Shown: piece by piece, positions 36,576 to 49,091 of the stretch
Layout: each line of letters opens with the position of its first letter
Numbering within the stretch: the first letter of the stretch is position 1
DNA from: Macrostomum hystrix
Lineage: Eukaryota; Animalia; Platyhelminthes
DNA length: 64,000 nucleotides
NCBI GenBank assembly: GCA_950097015.1
Contig: CATNEN010000001.1
Coordinates: 18,538,001 to 18,602,000, forward strand
Reading direction: 5' to 3'
Notes under the pieces: model-generated
What the model saw: only the letters and a program-made list of their open reading frames with translations
Databases searched by the model: none
Told to the model about the DNA's origin: nothing
Made by a program: the position numbers and the translations under genes

Positions 36576-39500
36576 ATGTCCGATGATGAAGGAGCATTAA
36601 AACCCAATGACGATGACCGAGAGCTTCAATTAGTGGAAGCAAGAGCGAGCAAAACCAAGGCCAAGACCGCGTTAACTAAGGGCAGAAATCGGCTGGTGCA
36701 GCAGATAGCTGCAGGACGAGACATCGGCGAGATTCAACAGCTGGCGGCCACGCTGGAGGACCTGTTCAGTCGAGTAGTCGAGGACCTTGAGAAGCTGCTG
36801 GAGCTCACCAAGGACGACCTGCCACTGCGCCGCAAGACTCTGAAGGAACTGGAAGCTGCGGAAAATGACTATGGCGAGACTGTCAGTCTGATGACGGAAT
36901 TTCTGAAAGACGAGGGAAGGAGCGAGGTTGCTAAAAGAGAGGAGAAGGACCGTTTGGCAGAATTGGAAGAACAGCATCGGCAGAGAGAAGAGCAGCGGAG
37001 AGCTTAAGAAGCAGAACTTAGGGCGGTTGAGCTGGAGAAGGCACAGAAAGAGCTTGAGAGTGATTATCATCGGCGGCAGTTACAGGTGGCAGAGGAGCTG
37101 AGGCGGCTAAAAATAGTTACTGGTCAAGCCGCGGCCGAGAGCCTAGATGAGAGAGCTAGTGCAGGCAGGGGGGACTGCCGATCGGTGATGAGGAGGAGGC
37201 GGGTGCGAGCGCTAAGCCAATCGCGTGTGCACAGGCTGAGTGGACTGCCCACGAAGGGGGGGTCGGGTGAGCGATCGATAGAAACAAAAACCGTCCCCAG
37301 CCCAGCGCCGTCACAGTCAGCCAGCGTACAGTGGCAGCCTAGAGAGCCAATCGTGCAGCAGCAGTGTACGCAGCGGGTAGCCGAGACAGATGTTTGCCAA
37401 GACATGTGGCGCCAATTGCAGAGGGTGGCGATTACGAGTTTTGCAGGCGATAAACGCCAGTATGAGGGGTGGAAGGCGGCCTTTTACGCATGTGTTGATA
37501 CTGCACCCTCCTCTCAGGTCTACAAACTGCTGCAGTTGAGACAGTGCTTGCATGGCGAGGCGCTAAAGCTTATTGCTTGGGCCAATTTGGGACACTCTGA
37601 GTTTGCGTACAGGGCAGCGTTGGACAGGCTAGAGAGAGAGTACGGTGGTGAGCGGCGCAGACTGGTGCTAGTATTGGAAGATTTGAACAGCTTTAGGCCG
37701 ATTTTGATGGAAAGCGCTCCGCAGCTGAAGAAGCTGGCCGATTTGGTGGACGTGGCCGTAATTAACCTGATGGAGGCGGGGCGTGATGCTGAACTCAATA
37801 GCAACGGGTTGCTGCACCTCATTGTGCAAAAGAAATTGCCGACCAACACATTGGCGCGGTATCACAGATGGATCGGAGAGCACTGTACTACAGACACACT
37901 GAGCACCCTTCATCAGTGGTTGTTGCGAGAGGCAGAGTACGAAACAGTGGCAATGGAGGCAGTGCGGGGAGTTACAGACCCGAGTAGCTCAGGAGCGATG
38001 AGACCGGAGCAAAGCAAGCCGAGATTTCCTGTGCAGCGCAGTGAGGTGACAAGAACGATTTCGGCGCGGTTGAGCCTGCGGCTAAGAAAATCTGTCGTGT
38101 CTGCGAAGCTGGCCATGGTGTTTGGGAGTGCCCTAAGTTTGCCGAGATGGATGTGTTGAAGCGATGAACTGTCGCGCTGGAGAAGAAGCTTTACTTTCAT
38201 TTCCTGGGCATCAATCATTCCGGCTTGACGTGCCAGCGCTCGAGGCCGTGCGGTGTGGATGGCTGCCACGGAAAACATCATCGATTGCTTCACCAGACGC
38301 GGGAGCCGAAACCAGCAGCTGTAACGAAGAGTAACAGCGCAAAGGTACCGCAAAAGCCGACAGGAGCTGTGGTAACAACAAAGAAAGAGAGCACCATGCT
38401 GGCTGAAGTCACAAAAGAGATAGCGTTGAGGACGGTTCCAAGATTCTTGGTAGCTGGCGAGCGTCAGGTGCGAATCAACGCGCTGTTGGATGATGCGAGC
38501 ACCCACACGTAAATCAATGCAGACATTGCAGCTGAGCTTGGGTTGGAAGGAAAGCTTCAGCGAATCAACGTCAACGGAGGCATCGAGTCGTTCGAGACAT
38601 CACCCGTAGAAGTGACGCTCCGCAGTGTTGATTCGGCATTTGAGGCAAAGATCATCGCCTTCACAGCGGAGAAGGTGACCGGCGGCATGAAAGCTGTCGA
38701 TTGGAGCCGACTGGCGGAGCATTGATCGCACTTGAGAGGCATTCCGTTCGAGTCAATATCGGATCGGCAGACAGTCGACATGCTCATTGGTGTCGATAAC
38801 GCTGAGATGCATTTAGCTTGCAAGGAAGTCTGTGGAATGCCGGGTGAACCTATGGCATGGTTGACTCCTATTGGATGGACTTGTATCGGACAGGTGGAGT
38901 CCGACGAAAGCGGCAGTGAGTCGTTTCTGTGTCACGAGTGCCAGGATCAGGTTGATGAAGATGTGCGGAAGCTGTGGGCGATCGAGGACGTCCCTGACGT
39001 AGCTGAGTTGAAGGGTGAGAGAGGAATGCTGACGGCAGACGAGCGGCGAGCGTTGGTCGTCGTCAAGGAGTCGATGACAATGGTTGACGTTGATGGTATA
39101 CCATGTTATTGCCACCATGGTATACCAGGTGGCAATACCATGGAAAACTCAGGATCGTGTACTGCCAAGCAACCGAGAGGCTGCGGAACGCAGGCTGGTC
39201 AGCACGGAGAAGCGGCTTCAGCAGAGCGATGGGTTGTCAAGAGCATATCAGGAAGTGTTGAGAGGGCAGCAGGAAAAAGGCTATATTAAGAAGCTCGAGG
39301 AGATTGGCGAAAATTCTCCTACGAAGTGGTACCTGCCGCATTTTCCGGTCTGACCTGACGTCTTTACCTGACGTCAAAAGCATTAGGAGTGACCTGGACC
39401 GCAGACGATGACATGCTCGCCGTTACTGGGAGTGCAGGTACAGGTAGCGAAATAGTGGCCGTTGCATCGAAAAGACAGCTGCTCAAGCGCGTGGCAATGG

Positions 39501-40272
39501 TGTTCGATTCGTGTGGCTTCCTGACTCCTTTCACAAATCGCGGTCGGATTCTGCTGCAGGAGATTTGCTAGAATGGCGCAGATTGGGATGAGCCGTTGGA
39601 CCAGCAAATTGTTGAGAAGGCAACACATTGGGCAGCGCAGATTAGAGAGTTGGACAGTCTGAAAGTTCCACGATGTCTATGGCCGGATCCGACTAAAAAG
39701 GCCGTGCTGCACGTCTTTGTGGACGCGTCTCAGATGGCCTACGGCGCTGTTAGTTATCTTCGAAGTTTAACAAGTGACCACAACGTCTGTGTTCGATTAG
39801 TGGCATAAAAAGCGTGCGTAGCTCCTCTCTTAGCATAGCATTCCAAGGCTTGAGCTCATGGCGGCGGTGCTAGGTGTTCGACTGGCTCAGACTGTAGCAA
39901 AAGGGCTGGGATTAGAAGTGAAGACAGCCGTATTCTGGAGTGACAGTAAAAACGTTCTTTGGTGGCTTCGAGGTCGAAGCAGGATTTTCAAGCCGTTCGT
40001 AGCGCATCGTGTCGCATTCATTCAAGAGACTGTGAGATCCGGCCAGTGGCGCTACATGCCGACCGACCAGAACCCTGCCGACATCGTGTCGCGAGGATGC
40101 AGCGCTAAAGACCTTTGCGATTCGTCTGTCTGGAGAGATGGGCCAGTGTTTCTGATGCAGGATGAGGATGGATGGCCTGCGAAGCTAGTTCCGACATCAG
40201 ATGATGGTGATCGAGAGGTTCGTCGAGAAGCTAGAACGGGAGATGCAGCGCCAGGGATAACGCTGCTGGCAA
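36576..40272 (+). pseudogene. gag-pro-pol of BEL #2 (fragmented)
   Basis: ORF pieces 36576, 37086, 38225, 38543, 38732, 39084, 39389, 39596 and 39858 follow BEL domain order. Confidence 0.85.
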
Positions 40273-41125
40273 CCCGGTGTAAAAAACATCGTCCGGCGGA
40301 CGATGATTTTTTGGGTCCGCCGGACTCTGCTTTTCGGTCTATTGTACGCATAAATATAGTCGAAAAGACGTCCGCTTTCGGCCGACGGACGACTAATTTC
40401 GGACCAGTGTAAAATGTTGTGAATACTACTATTAGTAGTGTAGCTCTGAATAAAAATTGTATTCATTATTGTCTCGTATTATTTTAAATAACTAATTAAT
40501 CACAAAAAAAGATTTTGATTTTCTTATTAAAAAGAAATGTTATCGCACGTTTTTATTTTAAGTTGCAAATAAATTACTCATAGCATAAATTCATAAAAAA
40601 TTATATTTGCAAGTTATAAAAGAAGAACAATTTGGAATAGAAATAAGCAAGACAGAACTTGCTACAAAATTAGGATTATAGAAAAACTACAGGCAAAAAT
40701 AAAGAAGGCAAAGTATAAAATACAGATAAAGTATTAATAATAATTAAATACAACGCAAACAGACAGCATAGACACTGGGTCAAAATATTAAAAATTTAAA
40801 TACATAGCAAGGAATATCATTGTGTACTATACTTAACGTAAATAACTTTGCGCGTTTCTAAAGCATGTAGGAAAATAATCGAAAGGAAGACGAATAAGTT
40901 TTATACGTCACGAACACTACAATTTTTATCTGTATAAATCAAGACACAAATACAATTTGGAGTATAAATTGTGCCACTTATGTCCCATTTTAGCTACTCA
41001 CTAGCAAGTCGTTAGTAGTAGCATACTAATTATAGTTTCGAAAATAAACAAATGGTGGGACTTATGACAATTATGACAGATTTATAAATTTATAATTTTA
41101 TTATTAATATTAATAATAAATCAAT

Positions 41126-44100
41126 TTATAAATCTTCTGAGCTGCTGCTCGCAACTCGAGGGCGCTTTCGAGCCGCCGTAGCTCCAGATGCCGCAGCTCC
41201 GACCGCCGCATCTCCAGATGCTGCAGCTCCGGCCTCCGCAGCTAAGGCCGCTGAAGCTCCGGCCTTCGCAGATCCGACCGCCGCACCTCCAGATGCCGCC
41301 GCCGCGTTGCGCTGCCCGGCACTGATTCGCCGCTCCTTTGCCGCCTGCCTCTCGGAGGCGTGTTTTAGGAGGTTTTTTAATTCCCTCTCCACGTCGGACT
41401 CCGATGGTCGACTTTGCTGGTGGTAAAGCACGGCGACAGCGTCTGAAAGTGTTCAGAGTCTCAATGACGAAATGCTCCTGATATGATTGCCTAATTTGCC
41501 CATAACAATTTCATGTTGCCTTACAATAATAATACTAATAATAGTGACACTAGACCCAAGGGCCAGTGCAGGTGTTGGTGTATCAAGCACACTAGCAGGT
41601 GGGGACTGCATTCCCCGGCTTTCTCGGACACCTGTTGACAGCCGCGTGTCAGCAGTGGAATTTATTTTTTCCAAACAAATCGGCAGCATTCGAACCCCAC
41701 TGAATAGCCACACAAAACTGCTTTATTACACGCCAGTCGGAATTATTATTAACCGACGAAATGTCGGCGCTCATTTGCAGCTGAGTAGACTGTGTGCACA
41801 TCAGGGCAAAGCAGCTTGCCAACGGCTGCACGAATAGTTCTAGACTAGGTCGGGAATTTGCATGAATATGATGAATATCTTACCTAAGAAAATACTGCTG
41901 AAATTGCGGAATCCCAGCTGGTCGTCCGACAACTCCACGCCTGGTTCGGCCTCGCGCAGTCTCGCCGACATGTGTCGTCCTGACCAATTGACAACACACT
42001 GCATGTTGCTAGCAAGGCACTTGTTCAGCATGCGCTTGCATGTGTCGTGGACTGTGCTTCCCCGACAGCTACGGAGGCATTCGGCCTGTTTGAGGTTGAT
42101 TTAGTATATTTTTAGTTTTTAGTGTACTGTTAGTACACAAAATTTATGTGTACAGTGGTCTAATTTTTTTTAAATGGCTTAACTTGTAAAAAGTTGTGAA
42201 TACTACTATTAGTATTGTAGCAGTGAATTAAAAATCGTTCAAGACAAAAATATAATACTCACCAAACGCCCTTGTTGCACTCTGGAATTCCGGAAATTCA
42301 CGTAGTCACTCCAACTCGAAATCGGAGTGAAATCCGGTTGCCCAGCGTTGTTAGACCGCTGACCGAGCTGCTGCAAACCGAGCTGCTGCACACCGAGCAG
42401 CCGCTGCTGCAACTGCTGCATAAATTCAGTCAGTCTCGCCGACATAGCATCAACTGACGAATTCATGTCTCTCCGGAGAGCTTCGACAGCGGCATGTGTC
42501 TCATAGCATCTCCTAGCAGTCAGGGTCGCCAAATAAATGGCCGTCTTCTGGGATGCAGGGTCCAGGCCGCTTGTTCGCAGCCGATTCTCAATTCCGGCCA
42601 TAGAGGAGCCTGGTTGGCCCAGGAATCTGCCATAGTCTTTTCACAATGTTAAGTGAAGGGACGGGTTGATAAGTACGAGATAAGTTTGTAACTAAGCAAG
42701 TCTCTTTGCGAATTACAAATCAATAAGATTGTGAATGGATCAGTGAGTCTGAATGATTGAATAGTGAGTCTACAAATGAGTTAATGCAGAAATATTATTT
42801 TAGAACCTTACCATCAGCCACTTCCTGATGGAATGAGATGCTCGGTGAACGCTGAATGTCTGATGGCCCCGAGCATTTTGGCACAGTAGTGGCGTCATCA
42901 TCTGTGAATGTAAGCAGAGTGGTGGGGAAATAAATTAGACTCTGAATCACAGTTTGTAAATCTGCTAGTAATTGATTGAGTAAGTCTGAATGAATGAACC
43001 TGTGAGTGAGTCTGTCAATGAATTGAACAGTGAGTTTGTGAATGAATTGAACAGTAAGTCTATAAATTAATGAACCAGTGAGTCTGCGAAATTCTATGAA
43101 TCCGTGAGTTTTTGAATACGTGTTTGTATGGAACCAATTTAGTCAAAGTATTATAGACTCTTACCATTAACAATAACAATCGGAGATTCCATTGCGCCGG
43201 TTGAATGCAGGTGGTTCTCCTGGTCCTCCAGCAGTCTTTGAGGTGAGGATGTGGACGTGGATGGGATCAGTGTCGCGGTGCTGCTAAATCTTAGCAGCTG
43301 CGGTCGATCAGGCAGAGGAGCTGCTTTGGAGCCCACATTCCTCCGATTTATGGCCTCGGAAGCTTCCCTCTCGCTCTCCGAGGTAGTAATGTTCTGTTTT
43401 AATTTTAGAAGGAAATGTGGTGATATGCAGTGTAATGAATTGTGTTAGAAGTCAAAACGAACTCCAATTTTAAGTGTCTCGGCTCTCGCTGGGGGCAGAC
43501 AGAAAAGGAGGAACAGAAGATCAGTGTGTGGAGCCCAACCAGTCAGGCTCAACATTATATTCGAGGGCTCTGGGCCCAAGACAAAGCAGGCTACAACAAG
43601 CGCAGGGGAAGGCATGTGAACGCACAACGGAAAACTCGGTGCGCAGTGCCCATTAGAAAGCGTACAGCGCCCATGAGTCAGTCAGTGGCCCTACAAACTG
43701 AGTACAATTGCAAGCAGACAGTACAGTGTTAGTTTTGTGCGGTCAAAGTTCCGGGGTAGCTATTCTGCTTATTGACAAACTCAATTTGTGTGGATTAAGT
43801 CTGTTAGTGAATGAACCAGTGAGTCAGTAAAAGAATAACTGAGAGCGTGTGTAAATGAATTAATCAGTGAGTCTGTGAGCAAATGAATGAGTGCGTCTTT
43901 GATCTGTGAATGGTTTAAGCAGTGAGTCTACTTGGATAACTAATAAAAATGTCTGCTGTTTATTAATAGACAATCTGTTATAGTACAATTTGTAGTGTCC
44001 TACCTGAATGGCTCCTAATCGGTTTCGGTGGCGCCCGGCATTCACCCGACAAACGGCCTTCAGCAGCGAGTCCACACTTTTCTTCTTGATGGTGCGCATT

Positions 44101-44348
44101 CTCCGCAGGTGAAGGACGGTTGGCGTGCTGTCCACTTCTGGGTCAGTGACCACCTGGAGGAGAACGGCGTCATACCATTCGCCACTGTACTCTGCCCTCA
44201 CCTCAATTCTCGTTGCTGAGTACAGTTCCGAAGGCTCCATGCTGGCCCAGTCAAAATCCTGGTATTCACCAAGCATAATCTCTGTCTCATCTACTTCTAA
44301 AATTTCACCATCATTAGAGAAAAATACAATATAGCGATTGGACTGCAT
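41126..44348 (-). CDS. DUF4806/BEN-like accessory protein, ~509 aa. Exons 44348-44004, 43393-43165, 42901-42812, 42609-42263, 42085-41884, 41442-41126
   Basis: Six exons with GT-AG borders total 1530 nt and stay in frame; coiled coil followed by GSTVHDTCKRMLNKCLASNMQCVVNWSGR...SESDVERELKNLLKHASER (DUF4806/BEN-like pattern); beta-rich N-terminus. Confidence 0.75.
41530..41855 (-). mobile_element. SINE family B, 5'-truncated, in the last intron of the DUF4806 gene
   Basis: Closely matches 61030-61360. Confidence 0.85.
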
Positions 44349-44413
44349 TTTAAGCTTTTATAATAGCTTCAATATAAGAATTTGAGAGACTAAGTAGCTA
44401 GAAGTTTTCTAGA

Positions 44414-44745
44414 GACTATAAAATTGCTCAACAAAGATTGATAAACTATTCATATACGAGCTACGTACGTGCAGATATGCTCCGTTGGGACCCAGCCTTC
44501 TCAAAGCTTTACTGGACAAGAGCCAATGCAAGAGCGCGTAATCCGACAGAGCCAATCCGGTTAGAGCGAGCCGAGCCAATAGCGAACAGCTCGAGCGAAT
44601 GACTCGACAAAGGCAAGCTAGCTTTGTAGTAATTGAATTTATTGTAATTTACTTACCTTAAGTATCTGTAATTTCCCGGGTATATTTACTGTAGTTTGCG
44701 TTTTAATATCGTTGATCACCATCTACTAGCGTTGATGGTGATTCT
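44414..44745. promoter_or_regulatory. CCAAT-box promoter module, copy A (upstream of the DUF4806 gene)
   Basis: Three GAGCCAAT boxes near 44520, 44548 and 44573; homologous to 45941-46325. Confidence 0.6.
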
Positions 44746-45545
44746 ATTTTTCCGTTGCGATGCAATTATTACAATATGCATGATAGTCTAGCTTATCTAG
44801 CAATCGTTGCAATGATATCATTACAATCTGCCGGTCAGAACTCAGAACTCATGATTACTAGACTTGCTAGACACGCCTACTATGCATATGCTGAGCCTAC
44901 AGCAGCTAACAACAGAATTAATTTCTTTCATGTGTTTTTTTAACTAAATGGCTAAATAATTAGGAATGCGTTATCAACAATGTATGCTGTCTTGTAACCG
45001 TCTCTCATATACACGGTTTGTACGACTATGATTAAGAACTATGATTCCGATTCAGACTGTCCTGATTCAGACTGTAATTGTCCTGATGTCCTTTGATTTC
45101 TCAATAAGGTTTCACATACATACTAATACTATGTATTGTATATATACAAAACTATTCCTTATTGTCAAGTCAACAACTATACGGAAATCCAACCAACCAG
45201 TGCCAGTGGCACACAAAAAATTGAAGACGGCGATGAAAAATTATGGCTTGTGTATTTTTTGTGTAAATGTGTATTTTTTAAACATTTATTTATTTAAAAA
45301 TGTGCGCGTGCGTATTTGTGCATAAATATTGAACACAACATTAATACAGTTATTTATAAATTATTATTGTCAATTATCGCCACTTAAATTGGTCAGCCGG
45401 TCCCGGTCAGCCGGCCGATCTGCTGCCCAGCAGCGATTCACAGGACGCCCGGCTGCGATATAAAAGATGGGTTTCAGTTTCATTTAGCTTATTAGCTCGG
45501 TTATCAGATCAGATGCGTTAATAAATATTCTAATAATAATAATAT

Positions 45546-45884
45546 TCAAAAGCGACTACTCACATATGGGTCAAGGCCCGCCGCTATGCGGCGAGCTCTG
45601 GCCATCCGAATCATGGCCAGCTTCATAAGACGCGTCGCTTCATTCAGCGCGTCCTGTGCCCGGCGCCGTGCGGGCGTCCAGGCCACTGTCGCCGCCATCT
45701 CTTCCGCAGCGACGAGGCATGACTGGATGGCCTCATCCAGTTTGGTGGTGGCATTGGCCAGAATGTTCGCCCGGAACTGTGCCGGGAACAAATGAAAGTT
45801 GAACTCATTGACATCAGCATCCAGGCCATGGACATGGCATTGGCTGCTGTTGATGTTGTTGCTCTCGCTGCTGTTGCTATTCAT
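45546..45884 (-). CDS. Orphan ~112-aa helical protein (transposon cargo)
   Basis: AAAAAAATG start context, GC-rich coding-like ORF in AT-rich surroundings, directly downstream of promoter copy B; no family recognised. Confidence 0.55.
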   Translation of the reverse strand: MNSNSSESNNINSSQCHVHGLDADVNEFNFHLFPAQFRANILANATTKLDEAIQSCLVAAEEMAATVAWTPARRRAQDALNEATRLMKLAMIRMARARRIAAGLDPYVSSRF

Positions 45885-45940
45885 TTTTTTGTTGAAGGAA
45901 GTTAGTTGAGGGAATTTTAGTGATCTGGTGGGAGAAGTTG

Positions 45941-46325
45941 CAACTATAAAATTGCTCAACAACGATTGATCATCTATTTATATATGAGCCATACGTGCAG
46001 ATATGCCACAGGTGGGTCCCCGCCTTCTCAAAGCTTTATTGGACACAAGCCAATGAAAACTTGCCCGCGCCGCGCGGAATCCGACAGAGCCAATCCGAGC
46101 CAAGAGCGAGCCGAGCCGGCTCGAGCCGAGCGAGCCGAGCCGAGCCGAGCCGAGCTGAGAGCCAACTCGACTCGAGTCTCGACAAAGGCAAGTAAACTAG
46201 CAATTTTAGTAAACTAATGAATTGTAATTTACAGACCTCTAGGCTCTAGTAATATTATTTTCCCGGGTTAATTTACAGCAATTTTCTTTTCAATATATCC
46301 CATCTATTAGCCTTTGATAGCCATC
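45941..46325. promoter_or_regulatory. Putative bidirectional CCAAT promoter module, copy B (between the orphan ORF and the transposase)
   Basis: CCAAT/ATTGG boxes and a (GAGCC)n expansion at ~46096-46165; divergent ATGs at 45884 and 46339. Confidence 0.6.
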
Positions 46326-46338
46326 ACTTACTCACAAA

Positions 46339-49091
46339 ATGTCTAAAAGACGGACTAAAGGCGACACGAACCCACGACGAAAGTTTCAAAATTGGCTCAC
46401 AAAGAACCTACTTGACTTTGCGGACAGTGATGTAGAAATGGACCAAGTGAGTTTTCAATTTTTATTGAGTTTCTATTTAAGTTTCATGCAAGTTTGTGAA
46501 GAAATTTGACGAGGGTGGGGCAGACAGGCAGGATTGACGGGGTGCTAGGTTTGATTGATTGCCTCGAATTTTATGCACAGTTTCATCGTCGTCTGTTTTT
46601 CCTCTTTATTTTCAATCAGGAGGTTGCATCTTCCCATGCAGATGGCGCAAGCCTCATTCCACCTGAGGATTCGCGGCCTGATTCTACCAGTGCCGGTGTC
46701 AATGCCTGTGACCCCATGCATTTATCAGCTAATAACGAGGCTTTCGACGAAAGTGAGGCTGATGAGTTCGACTACGCCGATCACTTGTCAACAGATGCGG
46801 AAGATGGGGACCCAGGCCAAACAGCAAAGCCATCATTGGAGAGCCTGAATGAGGAGCTTCTAATATTCTTCGTTCGTTACAACATCTCACATCGAGCGAT
46901 GCAGTTCCTGCTCAATGCTCTAGTCTGCCGAGGCCTGCCGGTCGCAAGAACAGTGCACCGTCTGCGCAAAGAACCTTCGGCTGAAGCAGTACAAATACAA
47001 AAGTACACCATGGGTAGTGGACACTTTTCCTACATCGGTATTGCTTCGAACCTGGCGTTCCTGATTCGCGGCGGCATGTTGGATCTTGGAAATCCGGAAG
47101 CCACCCAGAATGACAGAGCAAGGTTGGAACTGGACATTGATGTTGGCATTGACGGAATGCCGATTTACAATTCGTCAAACTACGCGGCATGGCCTATTAT
47201 CGTTAAGTTTTCGAGATTCTGTCGCCCACTTCCTGTTGCTGTGTATGCTGGGTTGGGTAAACCACCTCTTACCGAGTACCTGGCCGACTTCATCAAGGAG
47301 CTGCAGTCCTTCATGACCGACTTTGTCGAAGTTGATGGGGTGCTAATCCACATCAGGAACATCACGTTCATTTGCGACACGCCAGCGCGGTCCTTCATTA
47401 CCGCAACTTTGGGCCACAACGCACATCACGGCTGCCCCTACTGCAGAGTGGTAGCCCAGACGGTCGACCGGCGAATAGTCTACCCTGTCGAAGTCGGAGA
47501 GTGTCGCACAGCTGAGGATTACCGTTTTAATAGGTGCGTGTGTGTGCATGGGGTTGTGTGTATGTGTGTGTGCTTTTGCGAATTTTGTATACCAGCTTAT
47601 ACATCTGTATATGCCTACATGGCAGGATATCTGACATGTTTTTACATGTCTACGAACCTGACCTGACGTTGTCTTAATACGTGAATCAGTTAATCATATA
47701 AATATGCAAATGGCTGTATCGCGATATGGCAACTAAAGAAATGTGATTCCGATTCAGACTGTCTATATAATGGCTGTCCTTTTAAATCTCAAAAATTATT
47801 CACATACTTGCTATATACAATATAAAATATACAATATTCAATATACAATAATATACAATAGCTCGATTCCCGACTCCACTGAAAAAATTTGTGTCCTTTA
47901 GCAAGACACTTAACTCTGCAGTGCTTCGGTTCACCCAGCTGTTAAATAGGTACCAGCATTAGCTGGGGTAATTGAAGGTGGGTGTATGGCGTCCTCCCAG
48001 TCCATGGACTGAACAGCCGTACGCAGCCTTCAGATGCGCCGCGCATTAGCTGCGGCTGTGCTGTCGATTGGGGCAGGTGTAATCAATTATTATTATTACT
48101 AGTCTTTATCGCCAACAACTACTGCAGGGAATCCAACCAGCGGCATGAACCAAGTCCGCTCCTGTCACTGCCAGGCTTGCAACTACCTGATGCTTGCCCA
48201 CCGGAGCCAATGCACCTGCTCTTTCTAGGCGTCGCTAGGCGTCTTTTCACCTTCCTCTTTGCGGTGGATGACGGACGGCGGCGCAAAATTAGGCCGGATC
48301 AAGTTTCCGCACTTTCTGATTTTGCCGAATCACGTGCTATATATACACCGACAAATTTCCAAAGACGCCCTCGGAGAATCGACCGAGAACTCGGACATTT
48401 CAAATCCAGCGAGTTCCGCACGTGGACTTTGTATGTGGGCCCGTATTTTTTTCGCAAATTTCTGCCAACAGAGTTGTACAGGCATTTTCTTCTATTTCAC
48501 TTTGCCTGTTATGTTCTTTGCTCTGATAGCCCACAGCCTGAACTTCTTGATGCCGCTGAATCTGCCATGAAACTTTTTGTGTATGACGCAGCTCAACTGT
48601 ACGGCAACAGTTTCATGACTCACAATGCTCACGTTCTTTTGCACTTGTTTCAATACGCGAGGCAACGTGGAAATGTGTCCAACTTTTCGGCCTTTCCATA
48701 TGAGAACTACCTCTCTCACTTAAAGGGTCGCCTTCGAGTAACGCGCTTTGTATCATCTTACTTGCTAAATCAAATGCTTTCACTTCGCGACTTACTAGTC
48801 AGCAACCCAATTCAGCCCATTAAGTACTCTGTTAAGATGCCCGACAACTGTTGCATCGTGAATGGCTCAGTTGTTCGGATTACTTCTGTTCTTGGTGACC
48901 AAGTAACTGGCAATATTCTGTCGCTGCAAAAGGACTTGTATGACTATCCATATCCGTCCTCAAAACTGGGTATCGGAGTCTATTGTAAAACACGATCTTT
49001 TGTTACTGGCACTCCCCACAGGAAGTGCTTTCTGTTCCCGCGCAAGACCGGAAAGGCATGGCTGGTGATTCCTCTCTCTGGTGTTGATTAG
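46339..49091 (+). CDS. EnSpm/CACTA (Tnp2-like) DDE transposase, ~661 aa, apparently intact. Exons 46339-46446, 46620-47533, 48128-49091
   Basis: GIDGMP...WPI (D1), FICDTPARSF (D2), GHNAHHGCPYC, PEPMHLLFLGV, FKSSEFR, HNAHVLLH, SAFPYEN (E); 1986-nt spliced frame without stops. Confidence 0.9.
47862..48100 (+). mobile_element. SINE family C copy in transposase intron 2
   Basis: B-box remnant CTCGATTCC, TGTGTCCTTTAGCAAGACACTTAA...CACCCAGCTGTTAAAT.GGTACC core, (TTA)n tail; matches copies at 54865, 60215 and 60680. Confidence 0.8.

Larger units (their letters stand above)
32191..40272 (+). mobile_element. BEL/Pao LTR retrotransposon #2, older and decayed, 5' part. Its putative short 5' LTR (~32191-32292 plus 36523-36547) is split by element #1
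   Basis: TGTT...AACA putative LTR ends (start uncertain); PBS-like site at 36553; gag from 36576 (LQRVAITSFAGD, zinc knuckles incl. CGVDGCHGKHHRLLH); protease NALLDDAS; RT mostly deleted near 39350; RNase H HVFVDAS, WSDS, NPAD; many stops and frameshifts. Confidence 0.85.
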
